Assembly: GCA_049302575.1 (NCBI GenBank) | Contig: JBAQMG010000027.1 | Span: 840-64,839 of the forward strand | DNA length: 64,000 nt | Reading direction: 5' to 3' | Source of the DNA: Desulfitobacteriaceae bacterium | GTDB lineage: Bacteria; Bacillota; Desulfitobacteriia; Desulfitobacteriales; Desulfitobacteriaceae | In this document: piece after piece, positions 46,872 through 57,989 of the stretch | How positions within the stretch are numbered: position 1 is the stretch's first letter | How the letters are laid out: the number at the start of each line of letters is the position of its first letter | The notes under the pieces: model-generated | What the model saw: the letters and a program-made list of their open reading frames with translations, nothing else | Told to the model about the DNA's origin: nothing | The model's database searches: none | Made by a program: the position numbers and the translations under genes

Positions 46872-47864
46872 CTATCCCTTCGCGATATTAAGCAAAATAG
46901 TCTCTACTTGATCAGCGGTACGTTGCCAGGTCCAGGGTTTAACAAAAGTGGTTCCGAAAGTAGCTAAACGCTGGCGTCCTTCGTTGTCTTGTAACAACCT
47001 CTTCATGGCATTAGTTAGTTGAATAAGATCACTAGGGGGAACTACGAGGCAGTTTTCACCATTTCTGGTGTAATCTCGATTTCCACCGCAATCGGTAGTT
47101 ACTACAGCGGTTCCGCAAGCCATTGCCTCTAAAGGAGGCATACCAAGTCCCTCACTAAAAGAAGTGTACACATAAAGATCGGCCTGTGCATAGAGCCTGG
47201 CCATCTCGATATCGGTTGAAGCAACTTTAATCATATATGGAACTGAACTTTCAAAAGGCACTCCTTCAGGAATAACTACATGGATATCGAAATCGTCAAT
47301 TTGTTCTTTTAACTGTTTGCAGGCTTCTAAGAAGTTAGCATTTCCTTTCCAATGGTAACCTGGACCGCGCATGATATAGAAGACACTTTTTCGCCCCGTC
47401 TGGGTCGAAAGCTTAGGGTGGGGATGAAAAATAGCAGTATCAACCCCAGCATTAATAACGATGCTATCAAGGCCAGTTTCGTTTAAAATGATTTGGCGTT
47501 GCCACTGGGAGATAGTAATGATGGGAGCCTTGATCTGATATGTTTTTTTGGACAGTTCAGGGTTGAGAACAAATAGGGGTTCATAGACGAGGCTTAGTCT
47601 GACGACTTGGCCTTTTTTTGATTGCCAAGCTGGCATGACTGTTGGATAGAAATTTGGCAGAATAAAATCAGCTGGGGGAAAAGAAGCTGGAGTTAATTCT
47701 TTAACTCGTTTAATTTTAGCACGTACAGGCCATGCTTGAACGCCACTTTCAGGTATCACGAATTCTACATTATGTCCTTTATCAACTAAGGCATTAGCTA
47801 ATTGATAAAGAAATCGGGCTCCTCCACCAGTTTCTAAACTAAGAGCAGGAATGACTATTTTCAT
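46872..47864 (-). CDS. GT4-family glycosyltransferase
   Basis: 330 aa. The N-terminus has GGGARFLYQLANAL. The C-terminus has SFSEGLGMPPLEAMACGTAVVTTDCGGNRDY. Confidence 0.85.
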   Translation of the reverse strand: MKIVIPALSLETGGGARFLYQLANALVDKGHNVEFVIPESGVQAWPVRAKIKRVKELTPASFPPADFILPNFYPTVMPAWQSKKGQVVRLSLVYEPLFVLNPELSKKTYQIKAPIITISQWQRQIILNETGLDSIVINAGVDTAIFHPHPKLSTQTGRKSVFYIMRGPGYHWKGNANFLEACKQLKEQIDDFDIHVVIPEGVPFESSVPYMIKVASTDIEMARLYAQADLYVYTSFSEGLGMPPLEAMACGTAVVTTDCGGNRDYTRNGENCLVVPPSDLIQLTNAMKRLLQDNEGRQRLATFGTTFVKPWTWQRTADQVETILLNIAKG

Positions 47865-47908
47865 TAGGAGACCTCCTACAAAGCAGTTTACTGTCAGTAT
47901 ATGCTGAT

Positions 47909-48075
47909 CGGAAGCCAGACGTCAGAAGCCAGAGGTCGGAAAAGTCAGAGATCAGGGATTAGAAGAGCGAATAGCGCGGTTTGGTTATGGAGTTCGCATA
48001 TCCAGTTTAGAGTGTTGTGTATTGGAGTTGTCATTCGCCTTTCGAACATCGGATATCGAACATCGGATCTCGTAG
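47909..48075. repeat. Divergent-promoter spacer containing two repeat blocks, CAGAAGC/GTCGGAA-type (47909-47968) and TCGAACA/TCGGATA x5 (48041-48075)
   Basis: The first block reads cggaagccagacgtcagaagccagaggtcggaaaagtcagagatcagg. The second reads tcgaaca tcggata tcgaaca tcggatc tcgtaga. Confidence 0.8.
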
Positions 48076-48142
48076 ACTGTGACCGATAAACCTAAATTTA
48101 CATAGGATATTGTGATAACTTCCTAAGAAGGGATGAGAGAAA

Positions 48143-49132
48143 TTGGGAATAGAAAATAGACAGATCTTAATTACTGGGGCAGGAGGCTTTATAGGCAGCC
48201 ATTTAACTGAAGCTTTAGTCAAAGCAGGAGCCAAAGTCCGAGTTTTTATCCGTTATAATTCTATGAATGGCCAGGGCAATTTGGCAGACCTAGACCACTC
48301 ATTGTTAGAAAATGTTGAGGTGATCGCAGGGGATCTCCGAGACTCAGATGTAGTTGATAAAGCAGTATCAGGTTGCGAGTTTGTTTTTCATTTAGGAGCT
48401 TTAGTGGGTATTCCTTATTCTTATAAAAATCCGCGGGAAGTTGTGGAGACGAATGTTCTTGGTACCTTTAATGTTCTTACAGCGGCGCGCGAGCATCAAG
48501 TTAACCGAGTCATTCATACTTCGACCAGTGAAGTGTATGGGTCGGCACTTTATGTCCCTATTGATGAGTCCCACCCACTCCAAGGACAGTCACCTTATTC
48601 CGCAAGTAAAATCGGGGCAGATAAGTTGGCAGAAAGTTTTTATGCCGCTTTTGACCTGCCAGTTGTGACAATACGACCCTTTAATAGTTATGGACCACGG
48701 CAATCAGCTAGAGCAGTTATTCCCACGATGATTACTCAAGCACTTACCTCTGAAGAGATTAAGTTAGGAAATACGGAAATACTGCGTGATTTTACGTTTG
48801 TGACAGACACTGCTGAGGGATTTATGGCAGCCGCTCTGAATGAAAAGGCAGTTGGAAAGGTTATTAATATAGGATCGGGACAGGAAGTTTCTATCGGACA
48901 ATTGGCCCAAATTATTGTAAATAAAGTACAACATCCCATCCCTATCAGTTTGGACGTTAAGCGCCTTAGACCAGGACGCAGTGAGGTAACACGTCTTTTG
49001 GCAGATAACCAGCTTGCCAAAGACGTTCTGAGTTGGGAGCCACGCGTATCGATCGAGGAGGGAATAGAACGAACAATCGTTTGGATTGCTGCCCATTTAA
49101 ATCGTTATCAGCTTGGCGAATACCAGATTTAA
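48143..49132 (+). CDS. NAD-dependent nucleotide-sugar epimerase/dehydratase (extended SDR)
   Basis: 329 aa. Motifs include ILITGAGGFIGSHL, STSEVYG and YSASKIGADKL (YxxxK). Substrate specificity cannot be determined from the sequence. Confidence 0.88.
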   Translation: MGIENRQILITGAGGFIGSHLTEALVKAGAKVRVFIRYNSMNGQGNLADLDHSLLENVEVIAGDLRDSDVVDKAVSGCEFVFHLGALVGIPYSYKNPREVVETNVLGTFNVLTAAREHQVNRVIHTSTSEVYGSALYVPIDESHPLQGQSPYSASKIGADKLAESFYAAFDLPVVTIRPFNSYGPRQSARAVIPTMITQALTSEEIKLGNTEILRDFTFVTDTAEGFMAAALNEKAVGKVINIGSGQEVSIGQLAQIIVNKVQHPIPISLDVKRLRPGRSEVTRLLADNQLAKDVLSWEPRVSIEEGIERTIVWIAAHLNRYQLGEYQI

Positions 49133-49157
49133 ACTTTCAGCAGAGAAGGAGAACGAT

Positions 49158-49850
49158 ATGCAAGCTGTTATTTTGGCAGGAGGGAGAGGCTCACGCCTTG
49201 ATCCCTATAGCCGGGTTTTACCGAAACCGCTTTTTCCCATTGGACACGATCCGATTGCGGCCCTTCTAGTGAAACAACTTAAAAACGCCGGGTTCGAGGA
49301 AATTATTATGTGTCTGGGGTATTTAGCTGATTTGATGATGGCCTATTTTCAAGAGGGTGACCGTTTTGGGTTACCTATTCGTTATGCGATAGAAACCTGT
49401 CCTTTAGGAACGGCAGGTCCTTTGAAAATAATTACCAAGCTTGCCGACGATTTTTTAGTAGTAAACGGTGATGAATTAACGACCTTGGATTTTGAGGCTT
49501 TATTTGCCCACCACCTGCAGATGAAAGCGGCTATGACGGTCGCTGTTCAAAAGAAGCTAGTTCCTTCCTCGTTTGGAGTTTTAGATATTAAAGATGGGCA
49601 AGTGATTGCCTATCGTGAAAAACCGACCCTTAACTATTGGGCGAGTATGGGGATTTATGTCTTAAATAGGAAAGTCCTTAAGTTGATTCCTGAAAACAAA
49701 CGCTTTGACATGCCAGACTTGGTCCAAGATCTTCTTAAGGAGCAAGCACGTATCGTGAGTTTCGAAAGTGAAGATCTCTGGTTTGATATTGGAACGAACG
49801 ATGATTTAGAGAAGGCACAAAAGGCCTTCGATCAGTTCCGACCAGATTAA
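49158..49850 (+). CDS. Sugar-1-phosphate nucleotidyltransferase
   Basis: The start is set at MQAVILAGGRGSRL after AGAAGGAGA. The G-x-G-x-R-L signature, LPKPL.PI and LGTAGPL are present. Confidence 0.85.
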   Translation: MQAVILAGGRGSRLDPYSRVLPKPLFPIGHDPIAALLVKQLKNAGFEEIIMCLGYLADLMMAYFQEGDRFGLPIRYAIETCPLGTAGPLKIITKLADDFLVVNGDELTTLDFEALFAHHLQMKAAMTVAVQKKLVPSSFGVLDIKDGQVIAYREKPTLNYWASMGIYVLNRKVLKLIPENKRFDMPDLVQDLLKEQARIVSFESEDLWFDIGTNDDLEKAQKAFDQFRPD

Positions 49851-49907
49851 AGTTCTGAGTGCTAGAACTATCTGTTTTTGCTTCCCATAGTATAAAGGAA
49901 ACTATTT

Positions 49908-49975
49908 GCGATGCTCGAAGTTTGATGCTCGATGAATGAGGTTCGAGGTTCGAACTACGCGCCTCGAACCTCGAA
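49908..49975. repeat. TCGAAG/TCGAGGT repeat block with internal inverted symmetry
   Basis: The sequence reads gcgatgctcgaagtttgatgctcgatgaatgaggttcgaggttcgaactacgcgcctcgaacctcgaaaa. Confidence 0.8.
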
Positions 49976-49993
49976 AAAGGGAGGTGGCAGAGC

Positions 49994-50893
49994 TTGGGAA
50001 AGATATTAATCTTGGGAGCAGCAGGAATGCTGGGGCATAATTTATTTTATTATCTATCTGAGAAGGGTGGTCACGAGGTACTAGGTACGGTTCGGTCGGA
50101 TAAAGAGTTATCCGGTTGGTTACCTCCGGAACTCCTGAAGAAAGTACGCTCCGGCGTAGATGTCAATCATTTCGAGAGTATCGTTTCAGTTATCGCGGAT
50201 TTCCAACCGGATATCGTGATTAATTGTGTCGGTATCATTAAACAAGTGTCAGCCGCTCAAGATCCGCTTATAACCCTAACCGTTAACGCTCTTTTGCCGC
50301 ACAGGATTGCTCTGCTTTGTAAGGCAACCAGTGCGCGGTTTATACATGTCAGCACGGATTGTGTCTTTGATGGTGTGAAAGGCAACTATTTAGAAAGTGA
50401 TATTTCTAACGCTACCGATTTATATGGCCGAACGAAATTCCTGGGAGAAGTTCTCTATCCACACTGTGTTACCTTACGTACTTCAATTATTGGGCATGAA
50501 TTAAAAGGGAGATATGGTTTGGTAGAATGGTTATTAGCTCAAAAAGTCAAAGCTCGAGGTTTCACCAAAGCGATATACTCCGGTTTTCCGACAGTGGAAT
50601 TATCACGAATAATCAATGATTATGTTCTTCCTAATCCGGAACTGAAAGGGCTTTATCACGTCTCGGCTGATCCAATCTCTAAATTTGAGTTATTAAAAAT
50701 TGTAGCTACAGAGTATAAGAAAAAGATCGAAATTGAACCGGAGGGAGAGCTGCAACCAGACAGATCGCTCGACTCTTCCCTGTTTCGTACCCTTACCGGT
50801 TATACTCCGCCGTCTTGGCCGCAACTCATTGAGCAAATGCATTTAGATTATTTGCATTTTCCTTTTAACAAAGTTTTCTTGGGGGTAAAATAA
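49994..50893 (+). CDS. RmlD-like (dTDP-4-dehydrorhamnose reductase family) sugar nucleotide reductase
   Basis: 299 aa. Motifs include ILILGAAGMLGHNL, STDCVFDG and YGRTKFLGE (YxxxK). Confidence 0.8.
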   Translation: MGKILILGAAGMLGHNLFYYLSEKGGHEVLGTVRSDKELSGWLPPELLKKVRSGVDVNHFESIVSVIADFQPDIVINCVGIIKQVSAAQDPLITLTVNALLPHRIALLCKATSARFIHVSTDCVFDGVKGNYLESDISNATDLYGRTKFLGEVLYPHCVTLRTSIIGHELKGRYGLVEWLLAQKVKARGFTKAIYSGFPTVELSRIINDYVLPNPELKGLYHVSADPISKFELLKIVATEYKKKIEIEPEGELQPDRSLDSSLFRTLTGYTPPSWPQLIEQMHLDYLHFPFNKVFLGVK

Positions 50894-51957
50894 TGAGGCT
50901 TTTAGAGAATAAAGTGCTCGTAATTACCGGTGGCACGGGCTCTTTAGGCAAGGTCTTAACACGCCGATTATTAACAAAAGAATTGGGTATGCCTCAGAAA
51001 ATTATTATATTTTCGCGTGATGAAGCCAAACAGCATGCTATGCGAGTTGAATATCAGCAGAAAAGTAAGGTTACAGATGAAGTGATTTATGATAATTTTG
51101 CTAGACTGATTGAGTTTAGAATTGGCGATATCCGTGACTATGCTTCGGTTTGTTCTGTTTTGAGAGATGCTGATGTCGTTATTAATGCCGCTGCTCTAAA
51201 ACAAGTTCCTTCTTGTGAGTATTTTCCTTTTGAAGCGGTGTTGACTAATGTGCTTGGTCCAGAAAATATCGTCAGGGCGATTCGCGAGAACAATTATAAA
51301 GTAAAAACCGTGGTTGGGGTATCTACGGATAAAGCCTGTAAACCGGTGAATGTTATGGGAATTTCTAAGGCTATGCAAGAGCGGATATTTATCACAGCTA
51401 ATGTGACGCTTCCCAAGACAAGATTTATTTGTGTGCGTTATGGTAATGTGCTTGCTTCCAGGGGGTCTGTAATCCCTTTGTTTCATGAACAAATTAAGCA
51501 CGGTGGTCCGATAACGATAACGACCAAGGAAATGACGAGATTCTTATTACCCTTAGAAAGTGCCGTCGATACCATTTTTGCTGTCCTTTCAGGCGCTAAG
51601 CGTGGTGAAATATATATACCAAAAATTCCTGCGGCGCGCATCGTTGATGTAGCCAAGGCTTTGATTGAAGATCGGAGTTTGTTAATAGAATATACGGGAA
51701 TTCGCCCAGGAGAAAAGGTTCATGAAGTATTAGTTTCTGAAGAAGAGGCTTGGCGAGCGTATGATCGGGGCGACTATTATGCGATTAAACCCATGCTTCC
51801 CGAATTGTTTATTGCGGAGCCTGGTCAACAGGCGTTGTCCAAAGAGTATAGTTCTGGCGATTTTCTCATGACCCTCGAAGAAACGGAAGCTTTGTTAAGA
51901 AAGCATTATCTGATGGTGGGGCAAGACTATATCGACGAAGGAGAATTTTTGCGTTGA
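50893..51957 (+). CDS. CapE/FnlA/WbjB-type UDP-GlcNAc 4,6-dehydratase/5-epimerase
   Basis: 354 aa. Motifs include VLVITGGTGSLGK, FSRDEAKQ, NAAALKQVPSCEYFPFEA and STDKACKPVNVMGISKAMQE. The last carries Met-x3-Lys in place of Tyr-x3-Lys, the hallmark of the CapE/FnlA subgroup. Confidence 0.82.
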   Translation: MRLLENKVLVITGGTGSLGKVLTRRLLTKELGMPQKIIIFSRDEAKQHAMRVEYQQKSKVTDEVIYDNFARLIEFRIGDIRDYASVCSVLRDADVVINAAALKQVPSCEYFPFEAVLTNVLGPENIVRAIRENNYKVKTVVGVSTDKACKPVNVMGISKAMQERIFITANVTLPKTRFICVRYGNVLASRGSVIPLFHEQIKHGGPITITTKEMTRFLLPLESAVDTIFAVLSGAKRGEIYIPKIPAARIVDVAKALIEDRSLLIEYTGIRPGEKVHEVLVSEEEAWRAYDRGDYYAIKPMLPELFIAEPGQQALSKEYSSGDFLMTLEETEALLRKHYLMVGQDYIDEGEFLR

Positions 51958-53438
51958 AGAACTATAGTATCGTGTGTATATGTCAAATTTATAATGAACT
52001 TTGTAAAGGTAACCTAGAACGGTTTGTAAATTATGTTTTACCCTTAGTAAGTCATTTGGTTGTCTATGATGACGGCAGCACGGATGGCAGCTATGAATAT
52101 ATGCTAAAGAATACACCATATGTCCTTAGAGGGACTAAAAATGATTTTGTCAATGAACGAAGCCATAAGCAGCTCCTGCTGCAAGAGGCTTTAAAGCTAA
52201 AGCCGGATTTTATTTTGTGGTTAGATGCAGACGAAGTATTAACCGCCAATGCCGCCGAGAAGCTTCAGGAATTGTGTGCACTTTGTGACGAAAAGCAGAA
52301 AGATGCTGTGAACATGCATGAAGTAAACCTTTGGCGCAGTTATGCTTGGCAACGGTTGGACAGTTTATATGATTCAGGTTGGTTTTGCCGTCTCTGGCTT
52401 GATGACGACGAGCCTAAACCGCTGAGCTTTGCGAAGTCTTTAGCTTATGTCGAAGAATACCGGGAAGAAGTGTTTGAGATAATTTCAGGTGGGGTGGATT
52501 TTGAGGGTGCTCTGCAAGAATTACCCAAGCGTACTTTTGCACCTAGGCAAGTTATGCTGGAGAAGAACTTTTCCACTCAGGATTCTATGCAAATGTGGCA
52601 GCGTTTACTAACGGCTGTCTTTAAAGAACTCATGATTGCCAAAGCCAACGATCAAGGAGGAGTCGAACGGCCTAAGGTATCAATAATCATTACAACCTTT
52701 CAGAGAACGCATTTGTTAAGGTGGGGGCTCTATTCCTTAGCCCTCCAGACCATGCCCTTTGAGTTTGAAACCATCGTCGTTAATGATGGCTTACTAGATG
52801 AAACAGAAGAGATTTGTAACGAGTTCAAGGAAAAACTTAATTTGAAGTATATATTTACCGGACAAAGAAATCTGAAGGGTGGTTCGGTTTGGCGGGTACC
52901 TGGTTTTGCTATTAATATTGGGGTCAAGCAATCCACAGGGGATATTTTAGTCATGTGTTGCGCTGAAATGTTTCATATTAACGATACTATAGTAAGGCTG
53001 ACTAAGCCTATTTTGGATAATCCTAAATTGTTGGGTATTCCGCTTGGAAAGGATGATCGTAATGGGGCTTTACTGGAGTGTATCAATAAAAATAACGGAA
53101 CTTTTGATCTTGCGACGTACAACAAGTGTGTGGATTTAACGACTACAATGCCATTTTTGATGGCCCTTCATCGCAGTCAATTTATAGAAATCGGGGGCTA
53201 TGATGAAGATTTTGTGGGGATTGCTTATGACGATCGGGATTTAATCGATCGATTATTGGGAAATGGTTGCCATTACTGTCCGACAGATGCGACAACGGTA
53301 CATTTGTACCATCCCAGAGCGAAAGGTTATTATGAGGGTGAAGGTCCCCCCGAATGGGACTATAATAAAAATTTGTACTTTTCTAGAATGGGTAAAATAG
53401 TCAGAAATGAAGGTAGAGCGTGGGGGATTTTACGATAA
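51954..53438 (+). CDS. Two-domain GT2 glycosyltransferase
   Basis: 494 aa. The first module has VVYDDGSTDGS...ILWLDADE. The second has VSIIITTFQR...TIVVNDG....YDDRDL. Confidence 0.8.
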   Translation: MKNYSIVCICQIYNELCKGNLERFVNYVLPLVSHLVVYDDGSTDGSYEYMLKNTPYVLRGTKNDFVNERSHKQLLLQEALKLKPDFILWLDADEVLTANAAEKLQELCALCDEKQKDAVNMHEVNLWRSYAWQRLDSLYDSGWFCRLWLDDDEPKPLSFAKSLAYVEEYREEVFEIISGGVDFEGALQELPKRTFAPRQVMLEKNFSTQDSMQMWQRLLTAVFKELMIAKANDQGGVERPKVSIIITTFQRTHLLRWGLYSLALQTMPFEFETIVVNDGLLDETEEICNEFKEKLNLKYIFTGQRNLKGGSVWRVPGFAINIGVKQSTGDILVMCCAEMFHINDTIVRLTKPILDNPKLLGIPLGKDDRNGALLECINKNNGTFDLATYNKCVDLTTTMPFLMALHRSQFIEIGGYDEDFVGIAYDDRDLIDRLLGNGCHYCPTDATTVHLYHPRAKGYYEGEGPPEWDYNKNLYFSRMGKIVRNEGRAWGILR

Positions 53439-53506
53439 CGAGTGTTTCCCAGATAAACTTCCCATAGGTAAATTCCTAGATAAATTCTCCCAGGCTGATT
53501 TTTAGT

Positions 53507-53560
53507 AAAGGGGCTGTAATAAATCTTCATTTTGAAGTTTGTTACAGCCCCTTTATTTGC
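53507..53560 (+). terminator. Rho-independent terminator
   Basis: The stem aaaggggctgtaa / ttacagccccttt (13 bp) is followed by atttgc. Confidence 0.7.
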
Positions 53561-53753
53561 TTAGAAAAATTAGCCGGTTTCAAAGTGGAGTAGGGAAAGT
53601 TACCTCAAGTAGGGCTTGTCCTCTTATAGGGTATGTCTAGGAATTGTTCCAGCAAGCACAAGCGAACTCGCTTCGCTCGATGATTCCTGGTAACCAAATT
53701 AGGACATGAACAATACAATAAATTAACCCATAATTTAGGAGGTTATTGGATAT

Positions 53754-54092
53754 ATGCCTTATTTAACGACGGGTATGTTGGGTAACACCTCGGTTGAGGG
53801 CGTTAGACAGAGTTCAACGCTCTCAGTAAATATCTCGAATGTTGATACTTCTACAGTAGCTATTCAAGTTGAGGGGTTTTTTCAGAGTGGAACAACAAAA
53901 ATGAAGTATGTAGAAGAGTTTTTCACTCTTAAAGCAGGAACAGTGGCCTTGAAGAATTATATCGTCCCATTTAATGCCTTTGAGTTTGTCTTCTTTGTTA
54001 GCTCTCAGGCGGTAAAAGTCTCTGTATGGAGTAAAGACGTTAATGGAAATCTTACTTCAGCTCATTTGGTAGTGGCCGAAGCAAGCGCCTGA
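53754..54092 (+). CDS. Small uncharacterised protein, paralog 1 of a three-member tandem family
   Basis: 112 aa with a strong RBS (TTAGGAGGTTA). It shares with the next two genes the pattern MP.LTTG...NT.VEGVR.SSTLSVNISN.DTSTV..Q.EGFFQSGTTK.KYVEE.F.L.AG.V...NY...F.AFEF.F.VSS.AV.V..W.KD..GNLT.AH.VVA.E. Confidence 0.8.
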   Translation: MPYLTTGMLGNTSVEGVRQSSTLSVNISNVDTSTVAIQVEGFFQSGTTKMKYVEEFFTLKAGTVALKNYIVPFNAFEFVFFVSSQAVKVSVWSKDVNGNLTSAHLVVAEASA

Positions 54093-54159
54093 ACAGTAAC
54101 GAAAATCGGACAAGTACAATATAATGTATAAACCCATAACTTAGGAGGTTAGAAAAAAT

Positions 54160-54504
54160 ATGCCTGATTTAACAACGGGTTTGTTTAATAACACCCCAGT
54201 TGAAGGTGTTAGACCGAGTTCAACACTCTCGGTAAATATCTCGAATGATGATACTTCTACAGTGGATGTTCAAATTGAAGGATTTTTTCAAAGTGGAACG
54301 ACAAAGGTGAAGTATGTAGAGGAGCTTTTTCCCCTTACAGCAGGTAGTGTGACCCAGAGAAACTATTTCGCCCAATTTGATACCTTTGAGTTTCAATTCA
54401 CGGTTAGCTCAGGGGCTGTTGAAGTCACTGCTTGGGGAAAAGACGCAACGGGAAATCTGACAACAGCCCATAGGGTAGTTGCCCAAGAGGTTAACCCATT
54501 TTAA
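54160..54504 (+). CDS. Small uncharacterised protein, paralog 2
   Basis: 114 aa. Its upstream sequence is nearly identical to that of paralog 1 (aacccataacttaggaggtta). It is about 60-65% identical to paralogs 1 and 3 over the shared domain. Confidence 0.8.
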   Translation: MPDLTTGLFNNTPVEGVRPSSTLSVNISNDDTSTVDVQIEGFFQSGTTKVKYVEELFPLTAGSVTQRNYFAQFDTFEFQFTVSSGAVEVTAWGKDATGNLTTAHRVVAQEVNPF

Positions 54505-54541
54505 CGAGAAAATATTATAAATAATGTAAGGAGACGAGAGA

Positions 54542-55831
<1,290 letters not shown>

Positions 55832-55876
55832 TTATTCTATAAGTTAATCTAATCCACAGAATAAATTGGTGTGGCT

Positions 55877-55910
55877 AAAGTCCCTTGCTAACCCCAAGGG
55901 ACTTTATTTT
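55877..55910 (+). terminator. Rho-independent terminator of the collagen-like gene
   Basis: The stem aaagtccctt / aagggacttt is followed by atttt. Confidence 0.8.
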
Positions 55911-55992
55911 AAGCTTTTGTTTTCATGATAAACTTCCCAATAAATTTATTTTGAATATATATAAAGTAATCTGTTGAAAAGGGGCAGAAAAA

Positions 55993-57129
55993 ATGGAGGG
56001 TAAGGAAATAAGCATCAGTCTATGTATGATAGTCCGTAACGAAGAGAATACAATTGCGCGCTGTCTTAATTCCGTCAAAGGTATTCCTGATGAAATAGTT
56101 ATTGTTGATACAGGTTCCTCAGATCGTACGCAAGAGATTGTCCAAGAATTCACTGATAAAATCTTTGATTTTACTTGGATTGATGATTTTGCGGCTGCCC
56201 GCAATTTTGCTTTTAGCAAAGCAAGCACGGATTATATCCTTTGGCTGGATGCCGATGATATTTTTGCAGAGTCTGATCGGGAGCAGTTTCTGAAACTGAA
56301 GATAAATTTAGATCCCTTAATGGACGCCGTCAATATGCCCTATCTTTTAGCATTTGATCAGTTTGGCGCAGTTACTTTCAGCTTAAGAAGGAATCGCTTG
56401 GTTAAACGAAGTAAGAACTTCCGATGGATTGGGGCTGTACACGAGTATTTGGAGGTGCCTGGACAGGTTTTAAACTCTGATATTTGTGTAACCCACAAGG
56501 GAATGGGAGGGGGTGATGCTGACCGCAACCTTAAAATATATGAGAAGCGTAAGGTCAAAGGGGAATCGTTTTCCCCACGGGATTTATACTACTATGCTAA
56601 CGAACTGTTTGATCACCAACTCTATAAGCGAGCGATTGAAGCTTACCAGGAATTTTTTGAGACTGGACAGGGCTGGGTCGAGGATAAAATTGCTGCTTGC
56701 GGAAAAACGGCGGATTGTTACCAAAACTTGGGAGAAAAGACCAAACAACTGGAATATATCTTTAAATCCTTTGAACATGCCACCCCAAGGGCTGAGTTCT
56801 GTTGTCGCTTAGGTTTTTATTTTCTGAGTGCTGAGCATTATGAACAAGGGGTTTTCTGGTACAAACTGGCTACTCGATTGGAAAAGCCTATTGACAGCTG
56901 GGGACCTATGATTGAAGCCTGCTTTACGTGGTTACCGCATTTACAGTTGTGTGTTTGCTATGATCGCTTAGGTAAACATGAGTTGGCCTATGAGCATAAT
57001 GAGATTGCTAGAAAGTATCGTCCGGAAAATACCCAAGTTATGTACAACAAGAATTATTTGGAGGGTATTTTAGGATTGGGAAGGGCCGCCGAAACGGAAG
57101 AAATCAATCAGGAATTAGCCAGTAAGTAG
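55993..57129 (+). CDS. GT2 glycosyltransferase with a TPR-like C-terminus (fourth member of the family)
   Basis: 378 aa. ISISLCMIVRNEE..IARCL.SV....DEIVIVDTGSSDRT....DDFAAARNFAF..A..DYILWLDADD is followed by a helical repeat tail. Confidence 0.85.
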   Translation: MEGKEISISLCMIVRNEENTIARCLNSVKGIPDEIVIVDTGSSDRTQEIVQEFTDKIFDFTWIDDFAAARNFAFSKASTDYILWLDADDIFAESDREQFLKLKINLDPLMDAVNMPYLLAFDQFGAVTFSLRRNRLVKRSKNFRWIGAVHEYLEVPGQVLNSDICVTHKGMGGGDADRNLKIYEKRKVKGESFSPRDLYYYANELFDHQLYKRAIEAYQEFFETGQGWVEDKIAACGKTADCYQNLGEKTKQLEYIFKSFEHATPRAEFCCRLGFYFLSAEHYEQGVFWYKLATRLEKPIDSWGPMIEACFTWLPHLQLCVCYDRLGKHELAYEHNEIARKYRPENTQVMYNKNYLEGILGLGRAAETEEINQELASK

Positions 57130-57153
57130 AGGCTAGCCCTCTACTTACTTTTG
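57121..57153 (+). terminator. Terminator hairpin overlapping the stop codon of the GT2-TPR gene
   Basis: The stem agtaagtagagg-ctagc-cctctacttact is followed by tttg. Confidence 0.7.
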
Positions 57154-57238
57154 TTAGAAATACATAGTTTACCATTATTCCTCCGTAATAAAATGACTCC
57201 GCTAATATAGCGGAGTCATACATCTTCCCGTTGAGCTT
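57151..57238. repeat. Copy 2 of the ~88 bp direct repeat (partner at 26734-26822), the truncated 5' end of a toxin-like gene paralog
   Basis: The minus strand reads palindrome, GGAGGA, then ATG GTA AAC TAT GTA TTT CTA ACA AAA. Homology to copy 1 then stops at the GT2-TPR terminator. Confidence 0.85.
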
Positions 57239-57550
57239 ATTTATCTTTGTGTGTAGTTCTGGCAAATTAGCGGCAAACTGCTTGGTAACGACCTTGGCAA
57301 CTTTTGAGGCAAAATGGCAAGTGAACTCGTTCAACTAAAGCTGAACATCGAGAATTCGGTGGGGGAGTCTACCGCTCTTCGCCGCTTAAAATTTCTTTGT
57401 GGATAGGCGGCTTGGGCGAAACCCTACACTGTAGGTTTTCGTCACCGAAGCAGAGTACGGGGTACCACTCCCTTGCAGAATTGGGAGTTTCACGATTGGA
57501 TGAACTGGTCAAAAGAGCCGAACAAAAAACCAGCAATCGCTTGCGGGACT

Positions 57551-57583
57551 AAGGTTCCTATGGAGCAGATGGTCGGAATTGAA
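57551..57583 (-). other. Isolated tRNA 3'-end fragment (variable loop, T-arm, acceptor 3' strand, CCA), att-site-like
   Basis: The minus strand reads AGGTC GTCGG TTCAATT CCGAC CATCTGC T CCA. The upstream 40 nt cannot form D or anticodon arms or the acceptor 5' strand, so this is not a complete tRNA gene. Confidence 0.6.
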
Positions 57584-57701
57584 CCGACGACCTGTAGTTG
57601 TTCATAAGTATAGCTATTTGTGCTGTCAATATGAATATTTTTTCTTGATTGCATATCATAATTATGATAAAATTATGATAACCAACAAGGAGGTGTATAT
57701 T

Positions 57702-57989
57702 ATGCCACAAATCAGACCGATTTCCGATCTTCGCAATAATTTTACCGAGATTTCCCGCATCGTCCATGAGGCGGGTGAGCCGGTTTTCCTGACCAAGAAC
57801 GGCTACGGTGATATGGTTGTCATGAGCGTTGAGCAGTTCGAAGCGTTCAGGCAGGAGCGCCGAATTGATGTCGCCTTGCAGGAAGCCCAGAAGGAAGCCT
57901 TGGAGAATCCAATTCGCTATGACTTCGATGAGGTTTCTTCCAATCTTCGCAAGAAGTTGATTGCAAAGCTGGATGGAGCCGATGCGTAG
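57702..57989 (+). CDS. Phd/YefM-family type II antitoxin
   Basis: 95 aa from the ATG at 57702, 8 nt after AAGGAGG. MPQIRPISDLRNNFTEISRIVHEAGEPVFLTKNGYGDMVVMSVEQFE is a typical Phd/YefM N-terminus. Its stop overlaps the toxin start (ATGCGTAG). Confidence 0.85.
   Translation: MPQIRPISDLRNNFTEISRIVHEAGEPVFLTKNGYGDMVVMSVEQFEAFRQERRIDVALQEAQKEALENPIRYDFDEVSSNLRKKLIAKLDGADA

Noticed and set aside
47901-48234. 62-aa (+) and 67-aa (-) ORFs in the divergent spacer before the epimerase gene
   Set aside because: They are composed largely of translated heptamer repeats, or they overlap the start of the SDR gene in another frame.
53725-53750. SigK-like -10 element (CATAATTTA / CATAACTTA) upstream of paralogs 1 and 2
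   Set aside because: The motif ends only ~2 nt before the AGGAGG RBS, so a transcript starting there would lack the RBS. The conservation is better explained by duplication of the gene plus its RBS region.
57551-57626. A complete tRNA gene on the minus strand
   Set aside because: Only the variable loop, T-arm, acceptor 3' strand and CCA are present. The upstream 40 nt cannot pair with the acceptor 3' strand (CATCTGC) or form D and anticodon arms.
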